From an uncultured Rikenellaceae bacterium (GTDB lineage Bacteria; Bacteroidota; Bacteroidia; Bacteroidales; VadinHA17): a stretch of DNA of 64,000 nt. Each line of letters starts with the position of its first letter. Within the stretch, counting starts at the first letter, position 1. A program made the translations under genes and the position numbers. This document shows positions 36,796 through 46,798 of the stretch, piece after piece. The notes beneath the pieces are model-generated. The model did no database searches. It had not been told where the DNA came from and saw only the letters and a list, made by a program, of their open reading frames with translations. The stretch is taken from the NCBI GenBank assembly GCA_963696805.1, contig CAVOLF010000006.1, positions 375,092-439,091 on the forward strand. The letters are read 5' to 3'.

Positions 36796-38076
36796 ATGGG
36801 GAGAGAACGGGAAATTCATCTGCCTAAAGAGTGGATGAAGCTTGACAACGCGGCGAAGATTTATCCTGCCATCACCGGGTCAGAACTGACGGGTGTTTTC
36901 CGCATTTCGATCTTCCTCACATCACCCGTTATTCTTCCATCACTGGAAAAAGCATCGGAGGAGGCTTCTGCACTTTTTCCGTTTTTCAGTGTTGAGTTGT
37001 GCAAGGGTTTTTTCTGGTATTATCTCGAATATAACGGGAACACGCCCAGGGTTCTGGCCGACACCGGACCCAGATGTCAGCCCTTTCCACGGACCATGAA
37101 GGGTGAGCTGGTCTACAGGGTTCTTGTCCGCGGAAACAGCATCTCAGTCGAATTTTTCCATATTCTGACTGACGGCGGCGGCGCAATATTTTTCCTGAAA
37201 ACCCTTATGAATTACTATTACTTTCATGCCTATGGCATCACTGAGGTTCCCTTCCCCGAAGTCAAGGATGGTCCCATGCCTGACAGCACTGACGACCTCT
37301 TCTCGAGGCACTACGGCAGGGGGATGCCTAACCCCGGTGTCATGGCACGTGCCTGGCATCTGCCTTACAGACTGCGCGCGGCACCGCGCTTCAGGGTGAC
37401 GGCGTTTGAACTGCCGGCCGAAAACCTGGCAGCGATTGCCAGGGAAACAGGGTGTACCATTACCGAATACCTCGCATCCACCCTGTTGTTCATACTCCAG
37501 GAGATAAGACAGGAAAGGGGAACGGGGTCACCTCACATAAGGGTACAGGTGCCTTTCGACCTTCGAAAAAGATACAACGCGAATACCCTCCGTAACTTCT
37601 CCCTCTTTGCCATGCCTTCCATCGATATCCGCATGGGGCACTACACATTTGAAGAGATACTCAGGGAGGTAAAGATCACTATGCAGCTGATGACTGATGA
37701 GAAGAGGATCAGGCAGGTCATCAGCCGGAATGTGTCAGGTGAAAAAAATGCCCTCATACGCATCATTCCGCTTTTCATAAAAAGCCCCGTATTGCGATTG
37801 GTCTATAACAGGTTCGGTCCCAGCCAGTTTACAACTACCATCACTAACATGGGAAGAGTGGTTCCGACAGGCCCGGCAGCAGAAATGATGCAGGCCATGT
37901 CTGTTACACCCCCTCCCCCTCACAGTGAGATAAAAATCACAGCGGGCTTGATCACACTCGGAAAGAATGCAATTATTACCTTCGGTTCGCTCACTGACAA
38001 CCCTGAGCTGGAAAGCCGCTTCGTAAAGAGGCTGACAACATCAGGAATGCCCGTGAAACTTCGTATAAATGAATAA
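36796..38076 (+). CDS. Uncharacterised condensation/acyltransferase-fold protein (HxxxDG motif; COG4908-like)
   Basis: The track ORF starts at a TTG (36736); the first ATG is at 36796. It carries FHILTDGGGA, the HHxxxDG-type catalytic motif of the CAT/NRPS-condensation/alcohol-acetyltransferase superfamily. No other domains recognised. Confidence 0.5.
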   Translation: MGREREIHLPKEWMKLDNAAKIYPAITGSELTGVFRISIFLTSPVILPSLEKASEEASALFPFFSVELCKGFFWYYLEYNGNTPRVLADTGPRCQPFPRTMKGELVYRVLVRGNSISVEFFHILTDGGGAIFFLKTLMNYYYFHAYGITEVPFPEVKDGPMPDSTDDLFSRHYGRGMPNPGVMARAWHLPYRLRAAPRFRVTAFELPAENLAAIARETGCTITEYLASTLLFILQEIRQERGTGSPHIRVQVPFDLRKRYNANTLRNFSLFAMPSIDIRMGHYTFEEILREVKITMQLMTDEKRIRQVISRNVSGEKNALIRIIPLFIKSPVLRLVYNRFGPSQFTTTITNMGRVVPTGPAAEMMQAMSVTPPPPHSEIKITAGLITLGKNAIITFGSLTDNPELESRFVKRLTTSGMPVKLRINE

Positions 38077-38087
38077 AAACATCCGGA

Positions 38088-38771
38088 ATGTCAATCTGTA
38101 AAAACTGCGGCGTCGATCTCGGGGAAGGAAATGAGAAATGTCCGCTCTGCGAACCTTCAGATACCCGGAAGAACAGGGTAGCCTCTCCGGCCGATCTCTT
38201 CAGGGTTTCAAGGATCCAATACACCAGGCAACTGTACGAGATCTTTATGCTGATACTTGTATCAGGAGTTATCATCACCATCGCCATTGATGCCGTATTC
38301 GGCAAAGGCATGACATGGTCACTTGCCACCACTACCAGCATCGGATACCTTATTGCCATGGTGTCCGGAGCATACCTCCTAAGGGGCAAACCATACCTTA
38401 TCATAGTTGTCACAACCCTGGCAACAATTCTCTTTCTCCGGCTCATTGACCGTTTTACCGGTGACAACGGATGGTCCGGAGCCGTCGGAATACCGATGGC
38501 ATTATCAGGTGCCCTCCTGACAGCCGCAGTGATATTCCTTAACTCCCTGTCAAGGTACAGGGGCCTTAACCTGCTGTCAACCATCCTGGTTGCCCTGGCA
38601 GTTTTTACCGTCATCATTGAATTCCTGATTGACAGGCTTGTGGCGTCGGTATTCACACCTCAGTGGTCAGTGGTAACTGCAGCCTCGCTTCTGATTATAG
38701 CTATGATATTTATCTTCATACATTACAGGCTGAAGCGGGGCCGCAGCCTCGGCAGGCTGTTCCACATCTGA
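38088..38771 (+). CDS. Zinc-ribbon polytopic membrane protein, function unknown
   Basis: 227 aa. N-terminal CKNCG…CPLCE zinc ribbon followed by about six hydrophobic helices. Begins 11 nt after the preceding gene, so co-transcription is likely. Confidence 0.55.
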   Translation: MSICKNCGVDLGEGNEKCPLCEPSDTRKNRVASPADLFRVSRIQYTRQLYEIFMLILVSGVIITIAIDAVFGKGMTWSLATTTSIGYLIAMVSGAYLLRGKPYLIIVVTTLATILFLRLIDRFTGDNGWSGAVGIPMALSGALLTAAVIFLNSLSRYRGLNLLSTILVALAVFTVIIEFLIDRLVASVFTPQWSVVTAASLLIIAMIFIFIHYRLKRGRSLGRLFHI

Positions 38772-38858
38772 TCGTCAGTTCCCGTTGCCTTAATAACATC
38801 TCAGCATCCCGTACCGCGTCAGGTTATTTGAAATATATTTACATCCTAAACTTCTCCT

Positions 38859-41375
38859 ATGAAAAGATATTTTCTCACATTCATCATTGCTACCACTGTT
38901 TCGGCAACTCTTTCATCACAGGAACTGAAGACACCCGGACAATTTCTGGGTTACCCTCCGGGCGAACAGTTCACTTTTCAACATTCTGTCACAGACTATT
39001 TCAGGCATGTTGCCGCTGCCAGCCCCCGGGCCGTGTACATGCAGTACGGTGAGACGTGGGAAGGAAGGCCCCTGAGTGTCTGCATCGTCTCATCTCCGGA
39101 AAACCTTGCCATGCTTGAGCAGATAAGGCTCTCGAACCTTCAGCGCACAGGACTGGCTGATGGCATGCCGGAGGTTAAATCGTTACCCATTGTCTGGCTT
39201 GCCTACAGTGTTCACGGATCTGAACCGGCAGGGGCTGAAGCTTCGATGAAGGTGCTGCATGCACTTGTCGCCGAGGAGTATGAAGGTGCGGGTGAATGGT
39301 TGAAGAATATGATCATCATCATCGATCCGTGCCAGAACCCTGACGGACGCGATCTCTTTACTTCCAGGTATTTAAGAGCCCAGGGGTGGCCACCTAACAG
39401 TGACCCGAACGCATGGGAACATAACCAGGGATGGCCTTCGTCACGACTGAACCATTACCTGTTTGACCTCAACCGCGACTGGAGCTGGCATGTGCAGAAA
39501 GAGACACAAGCCCGCATGAAGCTCTACAACAGTTTTATGCCTCATGTTCATGCCGACTTCCACGAGATGGGATCAGGTAGCACCTATTTCTTTCCCCCTG
39601 GCGCAGAGCCGTGGCATGAGGTAATCACCCCCTGGCAGAGAGAATTCCATTCTCTGACCGGGAAAAAGGCTTCCGGGTTGTTTGATTCCTCCTTCCGTCT
39701 TTACTACACCAAAGATAATTTTGACCTCTTCTGTCCCAGCTTTGGTGACACATGGCCACTCTTCAACGGCGCCATGGGCTATACCATGGAACAGGGCGGC
39801 GGTGCTCAGGCAGGCCTGGCGTTACGGCGTGACGACATTGACACACTTACCCTGGCACAACGCGTAGAGGGTCACTTCCTCGCCTCAATGGCCGTGCTCT
39901 CTGCCGCTGATGAGAACCGCGAGAGACTTCTCAGGGAGTTTTATGAATTCTTCCGTAGCGGCGCGGAGAAACCGCCTTCAAAGTACAAAACGATCATTAT
40001 CAGGGGAACCGCTGACGCCGCTTCCATGAAATCTTTGAAACAGTTGCTCGCAAGCAACCAGATAAGGTATGACACCCCGCGCGTCACGGGAAAGAAGATC
40101 ACCGCCTGGGACTACCGGGCTGGGAGGCCGGGAAGCCTTACAGTTGAGAAGAATGACTTCATTGTAAGTGCATACCAGCCTCAGAGCAGGCTGATGCAGG
40201 TATTATTCGAGCCGGAATCGAGGTCATCTGATTCAATCAGTTACGACCTGACCGCATGGGCACTGCCCTACGTCTACAACATCGAGGCCTATGCTTCGGA
40301 AGAGAGACTTCCGGTTGCCGATGCTGAAGAAAAAGCAGCAGCCACTGCAGAATTGCTGCCTGATACCCTTCGCCCCTACGCTTATGCTGCCCCGATGAGC
40401 GGCTTCAATGAGCTGAAGTTCATGGCGCAGCTGTACAGATCAGGACTAAACGTACGATTTTCCCTCAAGCCCTTCACCGCTGCAGGCACTTCCTTCAGCC
40501 GCGGATCGGTGATAGTGGCACGTGGAGACAACAGAAATAACCAGCAGTTTGATGCAAAAGTACGTGCTGCAGCTACCGCCAGCGGGGTGATACCGCAAAA
40601 ACTCGCCGGAGGCATGGTGACGTCGGGAAAGGACCTCGGTTCCGACTACTCACCCGTGAAAAACGGGCCGGCGATTGCCCTTGTCGGTGGCCAGGGTACA
40701 TCACAGGCATTCGGGGAGATCTGGTTCTTCATGGAGAGAGAACTTGAATACCCCGTGACGGTGATAGACGGCTCAGACCTTAAAAACTCCGATCTTGCCG
40801 ATTATGATGTAATCATACTTCCCGGAGGAACACTCACGGAGTCAAAAGAGAAGATTATGGCCTTTATCTCCGGCGGAGGAAGGGTGATTGCCATAGAGAA
40901 AGCGATTGATCTCTTCAAATCGGAGAAGACCACCATTCTGGGCAAGGCCTTCGAAGCAAAGGAGGCTGAGGAGAAGAAAAGCACGAAGTACACCGGGGCT
41001 GACACCACACTCCTCAGGAGATATGAAGACCAGCGCCGCATCACCGCAACAGACAAGTCTGCAGGAGCAATATTCAGGGTTCGCCTCGATGAGACCCACC
41101 CTTTTGCATTCGGAATGGGAAAGGAGTGGTTCATGATGAAGAGAAACGAAGGTCTGCCATACCTGGAAAAGGGTGCCAACATCGGGTATATAACCGATAA
41201 TCAGCCTGTGGCAGGCTTTGCCGGTTACAAATTCCGCCAGAAGGTTAAGGATACCGGGGTCATTGTTTCGGAGGACATAGGAAAAGGAACAGTGGTATAC
41301 CTGTCGGACGACCCCTACTTCAGGGCATACTGGAAGAGCGGAAGAGTACTGCTGGGAAACCTCGTTCTAAGATGA
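38859..41375 (+). CDS. M14-family zinc carboxypeptidase with a large C-terminal extension, secreted
   Basis: 838 aa with a signal peptide. Zinc ligands in VHGSEPAG (HxxE) and ADFHEMG. The C-terminal part contains a DYDVIILPGG motif reminiscent of the class-I glutamine amidotransferase/DJ-1 fold. Confidence 0.8.
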   Translation: MKRYFLTFIIATTVSATLSSQELKTPGQFLGYPPGEQFTFQHSVTDYFRHVAAASPRAVYMQYGETWEGRPLSVCIVSSPENLAMLEQIRLSNLQRTGLADGMPEVKSLPIVWLAYSVHGSEPAGAEASMKVLHALVAEEYEGAGEWLKNMIIIIDPCQNPDGRDLFTSRYLRAQGWPPNSDPNAWEHNQGWPSSRLNHYLFDLNRDWSWHVQKETQARMKLYNSFMPHVHADFHEMGSGSTYFFPPGAEPWHEVITPWQREFHSLTGKKASGLFDSSFRLYYTKDNFDLFCPSFGDTWPLFNGAMGYTMEQGGGAQAGLALRRDDIDTLTLAQRVEGHFLASMAVLSAADENRERLLREFYEFFRSGAEKPPSKYKTIIIRGTADAASMKSLKQLLASNQIRYDTPRVTGKKITAWDYRAGRPGSLTVEKNDFIVSAYQPQSRLMQVLFEPESRSSDSISYDLTAWALPYVYNIEAYASEERLPVADAEEKAAATAELLPDTLRPYAYAAPMSGFNELKFMAQLYRSGLNVRFSLKPFTAAGTSFSRGSVIVARGDNRNNQQFDAKVRAAATASGVIPQKLAGGMVTSGKDLGSDYSPVKNGPAIALVGGQGTSQAFGEIWFFMERELEYPVTVIDGSDLKNSDLADYDVIILPGGTLTESKEKIMAFISGGGRVIAIEKAIDLFKSEKTTILGKAFEAKEAEEKKSTKYTGADTTLLRRYEDQRRITATDKSAGAIFRVRLDETHPFAFGMGKEWFMMKRNEGLPYLEKGANIGYITDNQPVAGFAGYKFRQKVKDTGVIVSEDIGKGTVVYLSDDPYFRAYWKSGRVLLGNLVLR

Positions 41376-41456
41376 AGCAAGCAGCCGGCGACAGGCAACG
41401 CCTTGATACTCCATATCCTATGAACTGATATTAACTTATGAACCAATAGATTACGG

Positions 41457-42689
41457 ATGAAAACTCTCCTGAACAGGTTTCTTGATTATGCCCGCTTTGA
41501 CACCAGTCCTGATGAAGCTAATTCTTCGTCACCCTCATCTGTCAGGCAAATGCTTTTCGCCGAGCGGCTGGCGCACGAGCTGGAGCAGACCGGGCTCTCC
41601 GACGTGATACTTGACGGAAACGGCTATCTCATGGCAACACTGCCTGCAAATACGCGGTCAAAACAGCCCGTAGTGGGTTTTATAGCCCATATGGATACCA
41701 GTCCGGAAGCACCATCGGGAAACGTCAATCCATTGGTACACAATGACTATGACGGAGGGGATATTGTACTTAACCGGGATCCCGTGATAATCCTGTCTCC
41801 TGATGATTTCCCGGAGCTTGCCGGATACCGGGGACAGACCATTATAACTTCTGACGGAATGACTCTCCTTGGAGCGGATGATAAGGCAGGCGTTGCGGAG
41901 ATAGTAACGGCTATGGAATACCTTGTGGCACACCCGGAGTTGAAACACGGGACGATAAGAATTGCTTTCACTCCTGACGAGGAGATTGGCAGGGGTGCTG
42001 ACCACTTTGACGTCAGGGCCTTCGGTGCCGGTTATGCCTACACCCTCGACGGCGGCGGCATTGGTGAGCTGGAATATGAGAATTTCAATGCCGCCGCCGC
42101 CACAGTGACCGTCAGGGGCCGCAGTGTTCACCCTGGCACGGCAAAAGATACCATGATCAATTCCATCATGCTCGCCCACGAACTTGATGCCCTCATCCCC
42201 CAGGGTGAGAGGCCTGAGCACACCGCAGGCTACCAGGGTTTCTTCCATCTCTATGACATCAGAGGGTCGGTCGAAGAGACCGTCATGAAGTATATCATCA
42301 GGGATCATGACCCGGTCAGGTTCAGCGACAGGAAGAAGATACTGAGCGACGCCGTCGCGGAGATAAAAAGAAGACACAGGGGAGCCGAAGTTAACGTTGG
42401 CATCAGGGACCAGTATTTCAACATGAAGGAGATAATTGAGGCCAATTATCACATCGTGGAAGAGGCTGTCAGGGCATACCGCAAGGCCGGTATTGAACCT
42501 GTGATAAAACCTGTCAGAGGCGGTACTGACGGCGCGAGGCTCTCATTCATGGGCCTTCCCTGCCCAAACCTCTTTACAGGCGGGCATAATTACCACGGAC
42601 GGTTTGAGTATATACCGCTCCAGTCAATGGAAAAGGCCGTTGAAGTGATTATAAATCTTTGTATATCAGCTAATAATACCGAAAAATGA
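41457..42689 (+). CDS. pepT: Peptidase T (tripeptide aminopeptidase, M20B)
   Basis: 410 aa. Conserved PepT N-terminus LLNRFLDYARFDT, HMDTSPE, and GADDKAGVAEI. Confidence 0.9.
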   Translation: MKTLLNRFLDYARFDTSPDEANSSSPSSVRQMLFAERLAHELEQTGLSDVILDGNGYLMATLPANTRSKQPVVGFIAHMDTSPEAPSGNVNPLVHNDYDGGDIVLNRDPVIILSPDDFPELAGYRGQTIITSDGMTLLGADDKAGVAEIVTAMEYLVAHPELKHGTIRIAFTPDEEIGRGADHFDVRAFGAGYAYTLDGGGIGELEYENFNAAAATVTVRGRSVHPGTAKDTMINSIMLAHELDALIPQGERPEHTAGYQGFFHLYDIRGSVEETVMKYIIRDHDPVRFSDRKKILSDAVAEIKRRHRGAEVNVGIRDQYFNMKEIIEANYHIVEEAVRAYRKAGIEPVIKPVRGGTDGARLSFMGLPCPNLFTGGHNYHGRFEYIPLQSMEKAVEVIINLCISANNTEK

Positions 42690-44326
42690 AATCCTTACTT
42701 TACCCGTTGATGACCCTGGTTATCCTTGTCGCATCCTGTGCCGGCGGCGATGAGCTCAGAAGAGCCTCAGAAACCATTACTGCCGATGAACTGCGCGAAT
42801 ACACCCGAACCCTGGGAGCGGACTCCTTTATGGGTCGAAAACCCTTCACCCCCGGCGAGGATGTAACCGTAGCATGGCTCTCAGGGGAACTTGAGAGGAT
42901 CGGCTTCCGGCCTGCCTTCGGTAATAGCTGGTACCAGGAAGTACCGATGGTGGAGATAACCACAGTGGTCGACGGAAAGGTGCTTGTCTCCTCAGGAAAG
43001 AATATAATTGAGCTGTCAGCGCCTGATGACATTGCCATCGAATCACCCTCGATGAAGCAGGTTGTGGTGCTTGATGAGATACCCATGGTCTTCTGCGGAT
43101 TCGGCATCGTGGCTCCCGAATACGGATGGAATGATTACACCGGAGTTGACGTCAGGGGCAAATGCGCAGTGGTACTGGTCAATGACCCCGGACTCTATAC
43201 TGGTGACACAACACTGTTCAAGGGTCGCACGATGACCTACTACGGGCGCTGGACCTACAAGTATGAAGAGGCGGCCAGGCAGGGGGCTGCAGCAATAATC
43301 ATAATACACGAGCCGGCAGGCGCAGGTTATGACTACTCAATCCCAAGGAAAAGCTCCATCTCTCCCGGATTGTATATGGAACAGAATGAGGGAGATATAA
43401 CCCCTTGCCCTGTGAACGGATGGTTCAGCGCGGAGAGTGCGTCCCGGATACTGAGTGCGAAGGGTTATGATGTGGAAAAACTGAGGGACGATGCATGCCG
43501 GGCTGGCTTTATGGGATTTGAACTGGGTTCTTCAATATCAATGAAACTGATGAACAGCCAGGTGAAAAACAGCTCGGTAAATGTTGCAGGCATCCTTCCC
43601 GGCAGGGTACACCCTGAAGAATGCGTGGTTGTCTCCGCACACTGGGACCATTTCGGCATCGGTGAAGCTGAAAACGGTGATTCAATATATAACGGTGCCG
43701 TAGATAACGGCACCTCAATGGCATGGGCCCTGGAGATCGGGGAGGCATTCGCCTCAATGAAAAAAAGACCGGAACGGTCAGTGATTATCTTATTCCCGAC
43801 AGCCGAGGAGCAGGGACTGCTGGGATCATCATGGTTCGCAGCAAATCCTCCGGTTGAACCTCAGAACATAATCGCCTGCTTCAATAACGATCTGTTGCTT
43901 CCCATCGGAAAGATGAAAGATATTATGGTAACCGGCTACGGCCAGTCGGAACTTGATGATTTGCTTGCAGAAGCCGCAGTTGCACAGGACCGCTACCTCA
44001 TGCCAGACCCTAACCCGGAGACAGGAATGTACTTCCGGTCAGATCACTTCCCTTTTGCGCTCATCGGAGTACCATCACTCTTCGCAAGAGGCAATTGCGA
44101 CAGCAGGGAGTTCGGGAAAGAGTGGGCCGCTGAAAGGGAGAGGGAATACCTCACAAATATGTACCATAAACCCGCCGACAATTACTACCCCGAAATGAAC
44201 TTTGATGGTATTGAAGAAGATGCAAAAGCAGTCTTTGAAGTGGCATGGAAAATTACAACCAGTGATTTAAGACCCGGATGGAAATCCGGATCTGAGTTCG
44301 CAAATATCAGATCTTCTAGCAATTAA
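42686..44326 (+). CDS. M28-family aminopeptidase with PA domain, lipoprotein
   Basis: 546 aa. Lipobox LVASC. M28 metal-site motifs SAHWDHFG, GAVDNGTSMA, and AEEQGLLGS. 4-nt overlap with pepT. Confidence 0.85.
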   Translation: MKSLLYPLMTLVILVASCAGGDELRRASETITADELREYTRTLGADSFMGRKPFTPGEDVTVAWLSGELERIGFRPAFGNSWYQEVPMVEITTVVDGKVLVSSGKNIIELSAPDDIAIESPSMKQVVVLDEIPMVFCGFGIVAPEYGWNDYTGVDVRGKCAVVLVNDPGLYTGDTTLFKGRTMTYYGRWTYKYEEAARQGAAAIIIIHEPAGAGYDYSIPRKSSISPGLYMEQNEGDITPCPVNGWFSAESASRILSAKGYDVEKLRDDACRAGFMGFELGSSISMKLMNSQVKNSSVNVAGILPGRVHPEECVVVSAHWDHFGIGEAENGDSIYNGAVDNGTSMAWALEIGEAFASMKKRPERSVIILFPTAEEQGLLGSSWFAANPPVEPQNIIACFNNDLLLPIGKMKDIMVTGYGQSELDDLLAEAAVAQDRYLMPDPNPETGMYFRSDHFPFALIGVPSLFARGNCDSREFGKEWAAEREREYLTNMYHKPADNYYPEMNFDGIEEDAKAVFEVAWKITTSDLRPGWKSGSEFANIRSSSN

Positions 44327-44498
44327 GTATTTAATCAATCACAGCTCTTAGTTATTCAATGCATATTCTGTTATTTTATTAACACTGTTATTGGAATAAC
44401 ATTATTTATTATCTTTGCGCCGGAGTATATACTATGGCAGCAGGTTGAATGCAGCCTGGATAAAAAACCCAAAGAACAATATGACAAATCTTAGGAAT

Positions 44499-44524
44499 TT
44501 GATTACTTATTCAGGGTAGTTTTG
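44499..44524 (+). promoter_or_regulatory. Candidate promoter of the hydrogenase operon
   Basis: TAGTTTTG (TAnnTTTG) at 44517-44524, 50 nt before the ATG at 44575, with a TTG at 44499-44501. A second perfect box, TATCTTTG, lies at 44410-44417, so the transcription start is ambiguous. Confidence 0.4.
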
Positions 44525-44574
44525 CGACACAATTTCTTTGACAACAGATAATACAGTATAAAATATCAATTGAA

Positions 44575-44967
44575 ATGGAAAAACTCAAATCACTGGCAGA
44601 CTTAAAGAGAGTGCGTGAAGAAGCACGGGCCAAACTGGATCTGAGAGTCAGGGGTGACAACCCGGAAGGACTCGTCCAGGTAAAGGTTGCCATGGCCACC
44701 TGCGGTATAGCATCAGGAGCCAGGCCGATCATGGATTTCTTCGCGGACGAGCTTGACAAGAGGGGCATCGGAGCCGTGGTAACCCAGACAGGCTGCATGG
44801 GTTACTGTTATGCTGAACCAACCGTGGAGGTGCAACTGCCCGGACAGGAACCCGTAGTTTTTGGATTTGTAGACAGGAAAAGGGCCGATGAGATCATTGA
44901 GAAGTATGTCAAGAACGGGGAACTGGCTGAGGGAATCATACCGGTTAATTATGAAAAAATAGACTAA
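44575..44967 (+). CDS. Thioredoxin-like [2Fe-2S] ferredoxin-domain protein (hydrogenase accessory subunit)
   Basis: 130 aa. Cys pattern …AMATCGIASG… and …TGCMGYCYAEP… typical of thioredoxin-fold 2Fe-2S domains. First gene of the hyd operon. Confidence 0.7.
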   Translation: MEKLKSLADLKRVREEARAKLDLRVRGDNPEGLVQVKVAMATCGIASGARPIMDFFADELDKRGIGAVVTQTGCMGYCYAEPTVEVQLPGQEPVVFGFVDRKRADEIIEKYVKNGELAEGIIPVNYEKID

Positions 44968-44987
44968 TAACAGGGAGGAAAAGAGTA

Positions 44988-46781
44988 ATGACAAAATTCA
45001 GAATGCACCTTCTTGTCTGTGGCGGCACCAGCTGTCGCGCCTCAGAAAGCAGTCTCATCGTCGAGAACCTGAAGAGGGAGCTTGAAGAGAAGGGCCTGGC
45101 CAGCGAGGTACAGGTAATAACGACCGGTTGCTTCGGCTACTGTGAGAATGGTCCTGTTGTAAAGGTGATGCCTGACAACACATTCTATGTACATGTCAAA
45201 CCCGAAGATGCCCCGGTCATCGTGGCCGAGCATGTGATCAAGGGAAGAGCGGTCCGGAGACTGCTTTACGTAGATCCTGAAAGCAAGGAGCAGGTAAGTG
45301 ACGCAAAGCATATGGGCTTCCGCCGCAAGCAGATCCGCATTGTGCTTCGTAACTGCGGGTTCATCAACCCGGAGAACATCGATGAGTATATAGCCCGTGA
45401 GGGATATGCTGCCCTCGGTAAGTGCGTCGGGGAACTCACTCCTGCCGGCGTCATTGACGAAATAATAAAGTCGGGTCTGCGCGGACGCGGAGGCGCCGGT
45501 TTCCCAACAGGACTGAAGTGGGAGATAGCATCAAAAAACCAGGCTGATCAGAAATATGTTGTATGTAACGCTGATGAGGGTGACCCGGGGGCATTCATGG
45601 ACCGCTCTGTCCTTGAGGGCGATCCGCACTCCGTGCTCGAAGCAATGGCAATATGCGGTTATGCAATAGGAGCATCCAAAGGACTTATTTATATAAGGGC
45701 TGAATATCCGCTGGCTATCCAGCGTCTGAAGGTGGCTATTGAACAGGCACGTGAATACGGCCTGCTTGGAAGTGATATCTTAGGAACCGGATTCGGCTTC
45801 GACATTGAGATGCGATACGGTGCGGGAGCATTCGTCTGCGGCGAGGAGACTGCCCTTATCCATTCCATGGAAGGAGCCCGCGGTGAACCTACAAACAAGC
45901 CTCCGTTCCCTGCCGAGAGCGGATTCATGGGTAAACCCTCAAACGTGAATAACGTTGAAACCTTTGCCAGCGTCCCGGTGATAATTAACAAGGGATGGGA
46001 ATGGTTCTCATCTATCGGCACTGAAAAATCAAAAGGAACAAAGGTCTTCGCTCTTGCCGGAAAGATAAATAACGTAGGCCTTATAGAGGTACCTATGGGT
46101 ACCACCCTCCGTGATATCATCTTTGAAATCGGCGGTGGCATAAAGAACGGCAAGAAGTTCAAGGCTATTCAGACAGGAGGCCCCTCCGGTGGCTGCCTTA
46201 CAGAACATCACCTTGATATCCCCATCGACTTTGATAACCTCATTGCAGCTGGATCAATGATGGGCTCAGGGGGAATGATAGTAATGGACGAGGACGACTG
46301 CATGGTGTCAATCGCAAAATTCTTCCTTGAGTTTACGGTTGAAGAGTCATGCGGCAAGTGTGCACCGTGCCGGATAGGAAACAAGAGGCTTCATGAGCTC
46401 CTCACACATATCACAAAGGGTAACGGCACCATGGCCGATCTTGACCGGCTGAAGAACATGTGCAATGTCATAAAGGATACCTCGCTCTGCGGCCTGGGGC
46501 AGACATCACCCAACCCCGTACTCTCAACCATGGCTAACTTCATGGATGAATACGTGGCACATGTAACTGAAAAGAGATGCCCTGCCGGCTCATGCCGTGA
46601 CCTCATGAAGTACTCAATCATCGTTGACAAGTGCGTGGGTTGCACGGCGTGCGCCAGAGGATGTCCAGTCAACGCAATCACCGGCGAACGTAAAGGACCG
46701 CACTTCATTGACCAGGAGAAATGCATTAAATGCGGTGCCTGCTTCGAGAAATGTAAATTTGGCGCTGTGCTAATCAACTAA
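44988..46781 (+). CDS. hydB: NuoF-like flavoprotein subunit of NAD(P)H-linked/bifurcating [FeFe]-hydrogenase
   Basis: 597 aa. N-terminal 2Fe-2S domain (LLVCGGTSC…GCFGYCENGP), FMN/NADH site GRGGAGFPTGLKW, N3 cluster ESCGKCAPCR, and two C-terminal 4Fe-4S ferredoxin motifs (CVGCTACARGCP, CIKCGACFEKC). Confidence 0.9.
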   Translation: MTKFRMHLLVCGGTSCRASESSLIVENLKRELEEKGLASEVQVITTGCFGYCENGPVVKVMPDNTFYVHVKPEDAPVIVAEHVIKGRAVRRLLYVDPESKEQVSDAKHMGFRRKQIRIVLRNCGFINPENIDEYIAREGYAALGKCVGELTPAGVIDEIIKSGLRGRGGAGFPTGLKWEIASKNQADQKYVVCNADEGDPGAFMDRSVLEGDPHSVLEAMAICGYAIGASKGLIYIRAEYPLAIQRLKVAIEQAREYGLLGSDILGTGFGFDIEMRYGAGAFVCGEETALIHSMEGARGEPTNKPPFPAESGFMGKPSNVNNVETFASVPVIINKGWEWFSSIGTEKSKGTKVFALAGKINNVGLIEVPMGTTLRDIIFEIGGGIKNGKKFKAIQTGGPSGGCLTEHHLDIPIDFDNLIAAGSMMGSGGMIVMDEDDCMVSIAKFFLEFTVEESCGKCAPCRIGNKRLHELLTHITKGNGTMADLDRLKNMCNVIKDTSLCGLGQTSPNPVLSTMANFMDEYVAHVTEKRCPAGSCRDLMKYSIIVDKCVGCTACARGCPVNAITGERKGPHFIDQEKCIKCGACFEKCKFGAVLIN

Positions 46782-46798
46782 TGAGAGGGAGACTGAAG

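Noticed and set aside
37991-38656. 221-aa minus-strand ORF overlapping the zinc-ribbon membrane protein gene.
   Set aside because: It has the Arg/Ser/Thr-rich composition typical of an antisense shadow. The plus-strand ORF has a CxxC…CxxC ribbon and regular TM helices and is tightly coupled to the upstream gene.
41658-42452. 264-aa minus-strand ORF inside pepT. Similar long antisense ORFs occur at 16512-16964, 17922-18350, 28495-28923, 30822-31310, 45689-46162, 46391-47127, 47608-48096, 52338-52754 and 60127-60537.
   Set aside because: Each is fully contained in a gene with strong family motifs on the other strand. No motifs are present, so these are shadow ORFs of moderately GC-rich coding sequence.
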